From: Seison nebaliae
Taxonomy: Eukaryota
NCBI GenBank assembly: GCA_023231475.1
Contig: JALJEE010000329.1
Location: forward strand, 1-32,465
Direction: 5' to 3'
Length of the DNA stretch: 32,465 bases
The notes below the pieces were generated by a model. That model was given only the letters and a program-made list of their open reading frames with translations, ran no database searches and was not told the DNA's origin. Within the stretch, counting starts at the first letter, position 1. Each line of letters begins with the position of its first letter. The position numbers and the translations under genes were made by a program. Positions 12,642-23,799 of this stretch are shown one piece after another.

Positions 12642-14495
12642 TTAAGTCAAATTTTTCGGTTGAATTCGCATGCTCTTTTTTTTCCTCCATTTCTTCATAC
12701 GTACCATTAAATTTACGACAACTGAAAATTTCCTAATTCTGCCTTTCTTTAATCGTTCCGAATAATATAAATTCCTCAATTTCGTCGCATCGATTGTTGA
12801 TTGGAGTTGATGTAATCGATTAATGTCGACGAGAGAAATCGCTTGAATTGATGTCCGATGAAACGGATGATGATTGTCGATCTGACTATTATATCTCTTT
12901 GATGTTTCACATAAACTATAAACATTTCTAGATATTCCATTCTCTTCTTCTGTGTGAGAAGATGATCTGGAAAGTGATTCTGTCGTCGATGTTGATGATG
13001 AGGAAGAAGAAGATGATGATAATGATCGATTTAATGATGGTTTATTGCTCTTCGAATTATTTATGAAATTCGCACTCTTCTTCACTTTTGTTGATAAGGG
13101 AGTAGGTGATTGAAATCGTTGACGAATGTATTGACGGAAATGTGGAGTTGCTAAACAATACACAAGAAAATGGAATGCATGATGGATATGGAATAATAAT
13201 TGTGCGATGATATAAAACCGATTACATAAACGCAAATCATTATAAATTATATTCGTTTCACTTAATTGATGAATGAAAACGATTGGTGTACATAGAATGA
13301 TGAAAAAGACGTCGAGTAGAATTAATGTTATGGCGACTTGTTTCCTAGTGGAGGAAGTGGTGCTCAAACTTTTTTGGAGCGTTGTGGAATAACTGTCATT
13401 TCTCAATTTTTTTCTCGTCGTCATATATGAGGTTAATGGTCGAAATCTTCGATTTTTCGCACTCAATTCATTGTCAATCTCTACTTTCTTTATGGAACCG
13501 GACCATCGTTGAAAAATTTTCTGTTTCGTATGATTCAACAATGTTTGTCGACTTTGATGGACACGATGAATAATAGCTATTGAACTGATTGACATGAGAA
13601 TGAATGGGAGATAAACATAGATCATTGCATCTGTATGTACCCAGATTTTGGGTAGGAATGATACGATTTGTTCATCGAAACCACAAAGTAAACAAATCCC
13701 TTTATTTTGATAACCATCAAAATATCGTTCGTTATCTGATCGATTTTCGATTTTTTTAGTTCCATTCTTCTTGTTAGTGCTGTTGAGTTTCAGTTGTTCA
13801 ATAAATTTTAGAATTAATAAAGTAATACTATTCGTCTTGTTATTGTCGAATTGGAAATGTTTGAGAAGGTCCAATAAAATGAATCCGGTTTCCGTCAAAT
13901 TATGAGGATCGGCTGTGATATTACTGATGTTGGAAGTGGGGATAAGACTTGATTCTTTAACGATATTAATTCGATAAAACATAAGAATAGGAGTATTAAT
14001 GAGAGACATCACAATAATCATAAATAATACGATTCTACAAATCTTCTTCCTGAATGAAAATATGAATGCATTCGTATGTTTCATAACAATCACCATTCGA
14101 TCGATTGCCAATCCGATCAATATCCATGAACTGATATCAGTCAAGACGTAGCCCATATATGCATGTAATCGACATCCCCAACTTCCATATAATATTCGAA
14201 CATCCTTCCCAAAGAAGTATCCCGCGATCGTTCTCGGAGCATAAATTACAATCAAAGCGGAATCGACGGTACCTAAACAAGCGAACCATCGATATGCTCT
14301 CATACGTCGTAGATGTTTGAGTCGTATGAGAATACAAGTAACGAGAATATTCCCGATAATTCCAAATGCAATAATTGGTATGAAAAGATATCGGAGATAT
14401 AGAATAAAATTGTCATCCTGGTACCAATGAACTGGATGTACACAAATCGGATCACTTTCCACAAATTTCTGATCAATCGCCTTTTCGATGTCCAT
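12642..14495 (-). CDS. Class A (rhodopsin-family) GPCR, FMRFamide/neuropeptide-receptor-like, 617 aa, intronless
   Basis: Seven hydrophobic segments. TM1 GIIGN, TM2 LGTVD, Cys at the top of TM3 (GCR), TM3 SSW...LAIDRM, TM5 YLPF, TM6 FIILCTP, TM7 FLVYC plus helix 8 (F)R. Long Ser-rich C-tail. Confidence 0.88.
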   Translation of the reverse strand: MDIEKAIDQKFVESDPICVHPVHWYQDDNFILYLRYLFIPIIAFGIIGNILVTCILIRLKHLRRMRAYRWFACLGTVDSALIVIYAPRTIAGYFFGKDVRILYGSWGCRLHAYMGYVLTDISSWILIGLAIDRMVIVMKHTNAFIFSFRKKICRIVLFMIIVMSLINTPILMFYRINIVKESSLIPTSNISNITADPHNLTETGFILLDLLKHFQFDNNKTNSITLLILKFIEQLKLNSTNKKNGTKKIENRSDNERYFDGYQNKGICLLCGFDEQIVSFLPKIWVHTDAMIYVYLPFILMSISSIAIIHRVHQSRQTLLNHTKQKIFQRWSGSIKKVEIDNELSAKNRRFRPLTSYMTTRKKLRNDSYSTTLQKSLSTTSSTRKQVAITLILLDVFFIILCTPIVFIHQLSETNIIYNDLRLCNRFYIIAQLLFHIHHAFHFLVYCLATPHFRQYIRQRFQSPTPLSTKVKKSANFINNSKSNKPSLNRSLSSSSSSSSSTSTTESLSRSSSHTEEENGISRNVYSLCETSKRYNSQIDNHHPFHRTSIQAISLVDINRLHQLQSTIDATKLRNLYYSERLKKGRIRKFSVVVNLMVRMKKWRKKKSMRIQPKNLT

Positions 14496-15076
14496 TATCA
14501 GTATGTGCGGAATGTAAAGGAATAGACTGAAATGACTTCATTCTCTATGCTAAGAGTGGTATGAATTCGTCTTATCTTATCAGAAAATCGAATTTTCATT
14601 AATTATTTTCGTTCTTCAAATTAAAATTTTTCTTTTATTAAAATCCTTTCACATTTCATTGCGTCACTGAACGATGTAGGTTATTGGCCATTTGAAAATT
14701 GAATGAATGAATGTAATTTAATTAAAAAAAAACCTCGTTCACTATCTTTCCGATCATTCATCGCTAACCAGGAAATATCAGTGTGATCAGGAAATAAAGA
14801 AACGTCTTATCAGAACAAATTAAAAATTATCTAATAATTGAACAAATCTCGATCTCAAATTATTTGACCAAATAAAACTTCGAAATAATGTTATTACTTC
14901 ATCGAAATAATTCAACGTCGAGAATAGGCGAAAGATAACAATTTTTTGAAGTAAATTTCATATTATTTGTTTGTCGTGTGAATAGGGTCGAATTAATTAA
15001 ACAAGAATGAAAGTATTATTAATTTTTATCCATCTCTTATGTAATTTTGAAAAGAGATTAAATTCATTTTATCATA

Positions 15077-15790
15077 ATGATCGATTACGAAATATACTTT
15101 CTCAATAAGAATTTCTCACATTATTTCGAACGATTCAATCTGATTTGCAATCTCAATAAAGTGCCAGAGAGATATCGTTCCGAAATATTGTTCAGTCATT
15201 TATCGGCTGCAGCTATGCAATTCGTTCTGAGGAAATGTAAGACGATTTCTTTCGTCGAAACATATACCTCATTCGTAAATAAACTCTTTAAAGTTCTCCC
15301 AAATAATCCGATAGAAAAAGTAAATCAATCCTTCTACAACACGAAACAAACCAATAGTGAGAATGAGATGGAATATCTCTCCAGATTATTCCATTTAAGT
15401 AATCGATTACTCTACTCTCAAATTAATGCTAATATTAATATGGAAATATTTAAACAATTCATTTTTGGAATGAATAACAAATATTTACGATCCACCATCA
15501 TCGATTCGAATGTGCGAGATCTAGAATCATTGGAACAATTCTTAGACAAACAACCGCGAAGAACCAGATCGAAAATACGTCGGATGATTACATCACCAAT
15601 TGAATCGACACATGGAATGTTCAAACGCTCCACTAGTCGCTTAAGGGAATTTGCAAGAAGTCGAAGTCGAACTAAATCGCCAAAACCGAATATTCGACGA
15701 GTGGTTGATGAAAATTATTCGAATAAAATAATTTCCGATGATAAGAAAAACGGTTGGATTCTTCCCGATTCAACCAAAAGTTTTTCTTAA
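15077..15790 (+). CDS. Solitary Ty3/gypsy-type Gag (capsid)-like protein, 237 aa
   Basis: N-terminal F.HYFERFNLIC.LNKVP....EILFSHL, an MHR-like FYNTKQ...E...EYLSRL..L, and QFIFGM....LR resemble retrotransposon Gag capsid domains. The ORF is intact, with AATAAA at 15813 and 15832. No pol gene or LTR is nearby. Confidence 0.72.
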   Translation: MIDYEIYFLNKNFSHYFERFNLICNLNKVPERYRSEILFSHLSAAAMQFVLRKCKTISFVETYTSFVNKLFKVLPNNPIEKVNQSFYNTKQTNSENEMEYLSRLFHLSNRLLYSQINANINMEIFKQFIFGMNNKYLRSTIIDSNVRDLESLEQFLDKQPRRTRSKIRRMITSPIESTHGMFKRSTSRLREFARSRSRTKSPKPNIRRVVDENYSNKIISDDKKNGWILPDSTKSFS

Positions 15791-16377
15791 ATGATTTCCT
15801 TTTAATTATTTGAATAAATTTCAATTTGACGAATAAAAAGTTTATTGTTTTTCTGCTGACTAATAATTAATAAACTGTTCTTTTATTGACGAGAAAGTGA
15901 AAATGACATTTCAAATTAAATAAAAAAAATTAAAATTAATTTTAGATTGGACATTAGAATTTAATGGGAATATAATCATTCTATTTTGAGGAGAATGATG
16001 ATTGTGAGTTTCAATCTAATATTCATCATTTATTTTTGGAAAGGACAGCTGTAATTAATTAAAGAATGGAGCAGTTAAGAACTGGAAAACTGGATGAAAT
16101 ATTTATTATTTCTTTCTTTTCTTTCTTTCGATATGAGGCATTCACTGATGATGTAACATAAGCACACATATTGATGATGTTCATTGCTAAAGTCGATTGA
16201 GTAAAGTATATACACATATGGTGAGAAAGTAGAATTAGTTGATGTTCCTCTTCCTTCTCTGCCTTTTTCATCTTCAACATTTGTCAATTTCACTTTCTCT
16301 ATCATCTGCATGAGAAAATGCTTCACCAATATTCAGTCAACACATAAGAGTTTTTCGAAAAAAGAACTGAAAAAATA

Positions 16378-18141
16378 ATGATTCGTTATATTCTATTGAG
16401 TTGCGTACTCTCTTTTATTCCGATCGCTTCCAAACGGGTCATCAAACTAATCATCAACGACAATAATGATATAGTGAAAGTGGAGAATTTGTTGAATTTG
16501 AATAAAATCAATTGGACCGAATTGAAAGAGGTCGATCTGGATAAAATCGAAAGTCTCAAATACAACGAGCATATCAATCGATATGTCTCCATCTATTTCT
16601 CTCCGATGGACACCAATTGGACTTCCATCAATTACAAACGGAAATTATTGGCATCAATTCGATACGAACATAACAACGGATCTAGCCAAATTCGAAATAT
16701 CAATTCTAACGATTTCTCATATTTATTGAATTATGTTAGAATTTGTCTTCTTTCGTTTCTTGAAAATTCCCTAAAGGATTTATTGAACAATGGAACAGCG
16801 AGTAACTTAAACGAATGGATTGAAAGCAAATCATCTGAACAGATACTCATACTTTGCGTCTTCAATCGATATGTGATGGAATTCAATAAATTCTTGTTAT
16901 TTCTCAATTCATCATCGTTGACGTTGCCCTATAAAGTTTGTCTTAACCAAATTTGTGGGCTCAAATTAAATTTTAAATTATTTCCAGTTCTATTCAAATG
17001 TTTTCAATTTATTACAAAACCTGTACGTTTATGAAAAAACGGAAAGAAATTTTATGGATATCAAACGACAATCTCATGCTATTTGTCAGACATGTGGTAT
17101 CTGTCATCATAATAAAACGAGAGTTAACCCGAAGATCAAACATATGAATATGACCATAAAAATGACGCAATCTAAAAACCATAAAAATTCCACTCATATC
17201 ATCTCTAAGGAATTCAATTCGAATTGGTTGTCTATCGATTTTTCTCAGACATTTACTGAAGACGAATATTGTTTGACATTGCCGTTATTGATCCATAAAC
17301 AAGAAGAATATCTATTTGAACAAGACATGAGTCATTCGAAGAATTTCTATGAAATTTGTTACAAAAATTTCACATATTGTTCTTCCTTCAATTGTGTCGC
17401 CTATTTTCGAAGTGTGCAAAAATACGAGTCATGTTGCAAGAAGAATATTTTCTTCGATCGAAAGTTAAAATTTTCTAGATTTGTTTTGTCAATTTCAATA
17501 ATTTTCCAGATTGGTTGAATGGTGGAAGAAGTCGTCAAATGACATTATTAACAAATGTAATTCGACTTTAAAATTATATAATTATTGCAAATTTATTTCA
17601 ACACCTTTCTCCAACTCCAATTCCAAAAATATCGTTTATATTCAATATAATAAGTACATCGAATGGATATCATTAGCTATCATTGTTCTCATAACATTCA
17701 TCATCGTATTGTTGTTACTCTATTGTTGTTTATCGTTCGTTCGACGATATAGACAACGATATCCTTTCAACACCAATCGATCGACGGTTAGACACATTGA
17801 ACGAGTTGCAGCACTTTCCTCCACTGATGATCACCGAGAAGTATCATATGTTCGGAAATATCCACGTCAATTTTGAAAACTTATTAATTTTCTTTCTCCC
17901 ATTTTTCTATCCTCTCCATCACAATACGGTTATAGAACAACATGAAAAGTCGTCGATCGAATCCATCCTTTTTCGAAAGATTCAGACGATGGAGGTATCA
18001 AAATCGAAGAACACCCTTCAATTATGTTCCTGTATCTCCAAATATAGCAGGTTAGATTCTTACTAAAATTTTCTATAATAATCGGAATTATAAAAAGAAA
18101 CGAGATTGATGGATTCGTCGGATGAGGAAGGTCAAAAATGA
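16378..18141 (+). CDS. Orphan single-pass type I membrane protein. Inferred exons 16378-16734, 16777-16935, 16988-17463, 17510-17849, 17936-18050, 18098-18141 (an unspliced form would stop at 17876)
   Basis: Signal peptide MIRYILLSCVLSFIPIA, Cys-containing ectodomain, and TM WISLAIIVLITFIIVLLLLYCCLSFV followed by RRYRQR. Three ORFs join in frame through GT-AG introns of 52 and 46 nt. The first intron and the 3' exons are less certain. Confidence 0.65.
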
Positions 18142-18356
18142 GGAAACATCTCTTTGGACAACACACTCGAATTGACAATTTCAAATCAATGAAAATTAGC
18201 AAATTTATACCTTATAATCATATACAGACCGTTGTTTCTTCGGCATGTTCTTTTTACATCATCAACATCTTCATTATCGTCATTTTTTTAATGAATTTTT
18301 ATCATAATAAAGAAATTTAAAATAAAAATTTTGTTAAATTTATTCGTCGTCTTCAA

Positions 18357-19648
18357 TCATCCACCCCCAAAATCATCAGGGAAACACCGAAATTCTTGTG
18401 ATATTATTAGATGAATGGGAAATTGTGGTGTCTCTTCCACAAAAATTTCGACGGCGCTAAAAATAAGATAAACAAAAAGATGGTGAATTTCTTCTAAATC
18501 ACCTAAAAGAAACTTAATTGATTTGTTTATATTAAATTTAACAGTCGAATTCATTCTCTCAATCATCGGATAAACAATCTATAAACATGTAAACAAAAGA
18601 ATGATCAGTGAATGACATTTATCGATGAGCAGAAACCTCCAATTCACATAATGACAAAGTCAAATGGAAATCATTCGTTGAATTGAGGAAATGTTCATTT
18701 TCATTAAATTGTAGTTTAGTTGATAAACAATTTTTATCGGAATTATTACTGTTGTTCTTCTTATTGTTCGTTGAGTGTTTGATGTATAAATTTTTCGAAT
18801 TATATTTCATTTCCATTTCACCTAAATCTGATGAGGGGAAACTGTTTAAAATTTCTCTAATTTTCCTGAAAAAGAAAATTAAGATGAACATTTGGAGGGA
18901 GAATCGGTTGAGAAAAGTGTGTAGACTTTAAATTCCATACCATCAGATAATCATCTGGGAAATTGACGTTTCTATTCTCTTCATTCCGACATAAAAGATT
19001 AATAAAAATTTTATATCTTATCTTCATATCTTGAAGGAAAAGGATTCGGAATTAGACGAATTTGATGAAAGTTTAACTGTGTACATCCTTTAGTTGGAGA
19101 ATGAAGTCATCACTGCGATGTCCTTCAGTCATTATAACACGTAATTCTTTTGCTCCACCCACATCCACATATGACGAGAAGAATTTGCCAATGCTCTATA
19201 ATTTTTATTTCAATGAGAATTAGACAATTTTCATTCCATATAATTTTTTAAGATTAAATTCCAATTCCTTGGAATGTGCATGGAACCTACTAACTTTCCC
19301 TTCGATGGAACATGACACAAATCGCGTAGGAAAGGAATATGTAATTCTTTTAAATATTCTTTTATCCAATTTGATATTCACTGAAGATTCATTATAAATA
19401 TTCGTTGTGCTAATTCTCAACTATTACATTAATTCCGGTCAATATTCGTTTGAGTTAACAAGAAAAATTTAAACATTCTCATTATCATTGTCATAAGTGA
19501 AAGTAATTAATGAAGTAAATCGACCTAAACATAAAATTATGCGATGGAACACTTGGAAAATGGGAAGAGATTGAAATTAATAAATGAATCAAAAATACAA
19601 ACGATTCAGATAAGATTCATGATCAATCATCAATTCCAATCGACCCAT
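18357..19648 (-). CDS. RAD9: Divergent Rad9 (9-1-1 checkpoint clamp subunit), ~287 aa. Exons 19648-19603, 19551-19475, 19420-19295, 19195-19078, 19029-18927, 18865-18637, 18578-18514, 18456-18357
   Basis: The spliced product MGRLELMIDHESYLNLFHRIILCLGRF...LRISTTN..ESSVNIKL.KRIF...VSCSIEGKSIGKFF...FILQLKD.HNMKIRYKI...IREILNSFP...LSTKLQF...LTLSLCELEIVYPMIERMN is colinear, by eye, with the Rad9 PCNA-like fold. All intron phases are consistent. Confidence 0.72.
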
Positions 19649-20008
19649 CAAGCGTGTATTGAAAGAAAAATAAAAAGATAATTTAGTGGAAATCCATTAA
19701 CACGTTTTAGTGAAGCCATTTATCAAAATTGTTTGTCGCATTTGTAGAATTGAATTAGTCGTAGAAAATTACTAATTCCATCCGAATGACTTGACAATGG
19801 ATTTCCTATGAAATATTCTCCAATTATTTCAATGACGTTATCAAGAATGGAGATGGAAAAGAAATTTTTCCGATTTTATGTTCAGTCATACTTGATTAAT
19901 TCCAACTGATTAATTTGTTTCGACTCTTTATAAAATCATTTTCAGCAATGAAAATAGAATATTTTTTCATTTTAGTCATTTGAGAAAAGAATTCGGGTGA
20001 AATTTAGG

Positions 20009-21758
20009 ATGATTTTCAATTCGATCTTTCCATTCTTTCTCATATCAGTCACTCTCCTAATCAATAACGAACCAACATTCGCCTTCTACGATTTGGGACA
20101 TGCCAGGAAATATTTAACGGAAGAGATTAGTAATCTTCTTTCCAGTTTAATTCCAAAAGGAAATATTTTGGAGAATTTGGATATAAAAACGAATGAGATA
20201 ATTCCCGAATTTCCTCAGAATTCCTATGACGATGAAATTGTAGCAGATAATCATGAAACAATTTCTCACAAACCATACGAAGAGAAAGACAATGATTTGA
20301 GATTTCCCGTCGAATTGACAGATGTGGAAAGGAAGATCATTTCGGATCTCAATTCTCAACAACAATCAAATGAAACATTCCGAGTCAAGAAGAAGTCTCA
20401 TAATATCATCGATTATGAGTCACTTGTCATTAATGCGAAGAAGAATTTCCTGTCGAAATTCCGTACACTTTTCCTCGATCAAATGAACATGACATTGTCG
20501 CCACAACAAGGTGTCGATGCCAATCTAATAAGGAATCTTTATCCGATTAAAACTTTCTTGAAAACGAGACCATCTGATGGAAATCGTTTAACTGACGTCA
20601 GTAACGATTTTCTCAAACCAGATGTTAATTATCCATCTCAAATTTCTATTTTTTCGTGTCGAGGTTAGTGAAACTGTTTCAGACTCATTTTCGCATATCT
20701 GAGGAAATCTTATTAATTTTCTTTTTTTCCAGACGAAGTCGAACGGAAAATTTTCAAATTCAATTTACCTTCATATATTCGTGATGGGAAAGTGGAACTG
20801 CATGCAGCTCGTTTATGGATTTGGGTGAAAAGTAACGAAGAGAAATATATGATGAAACCAGTGACGATGCAAATCAATTTGAAGGTTGGTGATCTTAAAT
20901 GGATTAGTTTCGCTACTCCACAATACGAAGCGAAAGAGTCGTGGACAGAATTACCATTAATTTACAATCATCAAATATTGCGAGAGAAAGGACAGAAACT
21001 AATTCCAATGATGAGTATTCGGGAGAAGAATCCTTTCGCTCACAATCCATCAATCCAAATCGAAATTATTTGTCTCTTGAATAAAGATGAGGATTGTATT
21101 CGATTACCAAAACTAGCGACTAATGCTCAATTGGAAAGTGACGGGGAATCAGTTCGTTTTTTAAAATTAAAAATTTTTTCATTATTTTCATATATTTTAG
21201 GCGCAACCGATATTGAATATTCTCCAAGAATTGAGTCATACTCAAATCGAGAATATGGAATCGGGATTGGAATATATGAAGATGCAAATCAATCGGAAAC
21301 ATCTCACAAAAGATTATGAGAAATATCGGAAAATGTCCAAATGGGAGAATAAGAGAAAAAAGCGTTATGTTGAAAGTCGAAGTCGATGCAACAATTATCG
21401 ATTGAGTAAACAATGTGAGAATGATGATAAGTGTGTATGGTTATTCAACGAAGGATGTGTGGAACGATGTTCAGCGAAGAGCCATTGTTGTAAAATTCCG
21501 ATACGAATCAATTTAGATTTGTTGGATATTTCGGGAATTATCGATCCTGCCATTATTCACACAGCATATTGTATCGGATTATGTGGTCTACATATTTCCA
21601 ACAGTCTCGCCACTTTAGTTGATGCAAAGATCAGTGGAAGAAAATTATGTTGTGCACCTACAGAAACTGATCCAATCTATGTGTATCGCAGTATCAAAGG
21701 AACCGTCTTGTCAAATCAAATCAAAGACGCAATTGTTCTCGATTGCAAATGTATCTAA
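20009..21758 (+). CDS. TGF-beta superfamily ligand, activin/inhibin-beta/myostatin class, ~543 aa. Exons 20009-20663, 20733-21151, 21201-21758
   Basis: Signal peptide, prodomain (FKFNLP...AARLWIWV...SWTEL...QPIL), furin site KRKKR, and cystine knot CC...CIGLC...CCAP...CKC. Introns of 69 and 49 nt join three ORFs in frame. Confidence 0.88.
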
Positions 21759-22252
21759 TATTGACGATGAGGAAATGAATGGAAACGAACACTTCTTTTC
21801 TTTAATTCAACACTTTAATTATTGAACCAACATATTATGGTTATTTACTCAATAAAAGAAAACTATTTCCTTCATCTTCTCACTATCTTGTCATTTTGAA
21901 TTTATGATGAAATTTTATTAGATTATGAATATTCTAAAACTCCTTGAGAATTTCATTAGAATTTAATTTTTTGAAAATTATTCATATTCCAATTCATAAA
22001 TTTGTTTAAGGAGAGAGTTGGTGAATTTATTTGAAAAATAGAAAACGAAAAATATTTTCAGAAAAAGGAGAATTTTCTAAAGTTTATTTGATGGATGTTG
22101 TTGTGCAATTCTTTTTTTTCTTTCATCGTCGAAAAATGAGTAATAAATATACACGAGGAAATTTTGAGATGTTCTCTGAAGATAAAAACGTCGCTTTTCA
22201 GTTGATTTGTTCTAGAAGTAAATTTCCTAATCGATATATATAGATAACATTT

Positions 22253-23383
22253 TCAGAATATTAAGGATTTTATTGATTTCTTCAATTTTCTTGATAGATA
22301 ATTCAGAGACTTCCAAGGACCTGCCGTTACTATTCCTTTCATCGTTTGACCAGTTGACGACGATCGAACAATTTGTTGAATGGAATCTCTTAAAATTAAC
22401 GACATTTGTTGGTCACGTGATAACAATATGAGAATTTCATCCATATCTCGATAGCCTCGATGTGTCAATGATTTGGTGCGATAAGCGAGACCGTTTCGTG
22501 ATGATATTCCATATTGATGACAACGTAACCAGATCGTTCTCAACAAATAATTTGGTAATCGTCTAAGACGTTCGTAGATGTTTTCCTCATCGAAATCTTG
22601 AGTGAAAGTGGCGTTCAAAATAAAGTCGGTCGTTTCTTTCTTATTGTTCGATAACAATAATCGTTTCGCATCAGTTGTATTCCATATTAACGATTTATCG
22701 TTCGCTAAAATATTCGAATAAATTTTGAAAATGTTCAATCGATTCGATTGGAGAATTTTCCGAATTTTATGTCGATCTTCTCCCAAACCAGGAATGATCA
22801 TTCGAACGTCGCCGGAATATGATAGAGAAATGATGGTTTCCAATAATTTATCGATTGTAACATCTTCTTCGTCGAGTAACAATAAAAGTGAAGTATCGAT
22901 TGCTGCTTGTAAATTGATGCGTAAGGCAGTGGACAATTCGGAATTACCAGATGACGGTGGAATGATCCATTGGACTGGTTTGTGTAATCGTCCGGCCATA
23001 TACAAATATTGCCATTTGATCAAATCCTGTATCAAATCATAAGTATCGATAACTCCATATTTGATGAGATGACCATTTTCCATTTGTACTAAAGTATTGT
23101 AGAGAACAGCAGCACCATAATATCGTTGGACATTGGTAATTCGTTCACTTCCACTCCATCGTAAAGGAATGGAAGAATAATGAGTTGAATGTAAATTTAA
23201 ATTATGTTCATGAAATTTCTTCGTATCATCAACAACGAAAATGAAATCGATCATATCATTCTTCTTTGGATGATGTTGTTGTTGTTTTGATGGAGTTGTA
23301 GGAAAGACAGCTGATCCATAAGCGAAGGCCGCTCTGAAATTATATTTAAAAGATTGTACGATCTGTCGATAAATGGAAGTCAT
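22253..23383 (-). CDS. TAMM41: Mitochondrial phosphatidate cytidylyltransferase Tam41
   Basis: AFAYGSAVF, MIDFIFVVD, HYS, IKYGVI...L..DL..W..LY.AGRLHKPV, ISLSYSGDVRM..GED..K and QTMKGIVTAG..KS..Y...KL.K. The first ATG is at 23383; the ORF track begins at an upstream TTG. Confidence 0.92.
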   Translation of the reverse strand: MTSIYRQIVQSFKYNFRAAFAYGSAVFPTTPSKQQQHHPKKNDMIDFIFVVDDTKKFHEHNLNLHSTHYSSIPLRWSGSERITNVQRYYGAAVLYNTLVQMENGHLIKYGVIDTYDLIQDLIKWQYLYMAGRLHKPVQWIIPPSSGNSELSTALRINLQAAIDTSLLLLLDEEDVTIDKLLETIISLSYSGDVRMIIPGLGEDRHKIRKILQSNRLNIFKIYSNILANDKSLIWNTTDAKRLLLSNNKKETTDFILNATFTQDFDEENIYERLRRLPNYLLRTIWLRCHQYGISSRNGLAYRTKSLTHRGYRDMDEILILLSRDQQMSLILRDSIQQIVRSSSTGQTMKGIVTAGPWKSLNYLSRKLKKSIKSLIF

Positions 23384-23458
23384 TATCAACGACAAGAACT
23401 GTACAAATCGTTCATGAAAATAAAAGAGATGTCTCAAACGAACATTTGACGTGAGTGG

Positions 23459-23490
23459 AGAAAGAAAGAAAGAGAGAGAGAGAGTGTGAG
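23459..23490 (+). repeat. Purine (GAAA)/(GA)n tract upstream of the TAM41 start (pyrimidine tract on the coding strand)
   Basis: AGAAAGAAAGAAAGAGAGAGAGAGAG read directly. Confidence 0.7.
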
Positions 23491-23799
23491 GGAAAAAGAT
23501 TTATTCCAACAGGTCACTCATTTCCGCAAATCTGAACAAAAAGAAAATGAAAAAGAAACAGAAAATTTCATAATAGAATAGAAATGGAAGATAAAGTTAA
23601 TTTGAATAAATAAAAATTTTTTCATGGAAAATCTTTCTCGTCATCGACTATCCGAGAATTCCAGAGAACACATGTATACGAATGAAAATATTTGAAAGGA
23701 GAAGTGAATGGTAAATCATCAACTCGACATATATTTTCGTAGAAACATTTCCATAAATATGGAAATTTTTTCATATTATATCCAGAATCTAAATTGGAA

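Noticed and set aside
6066..14337. Short antisense or alternate-frame ORFs within STK36 and the GPCR
   Set aside because: Shadows of real coding sequence with no motifs.
16059..16329. Two overlapping minus-strand ORFs between the Gag-like gene and the orphan gene
   Set aside because: No recognisable motif and no consistent splice model. A small gene cannot be fully excluded.
19196..19225. A 30-nt intron in Rad9
   Set aside because: The upstream GTTAGT donor at 19294 (99-nt intron) gives CSIEGKS, which better matches the Rad9 C-x-I-x-x-K-S pattern.
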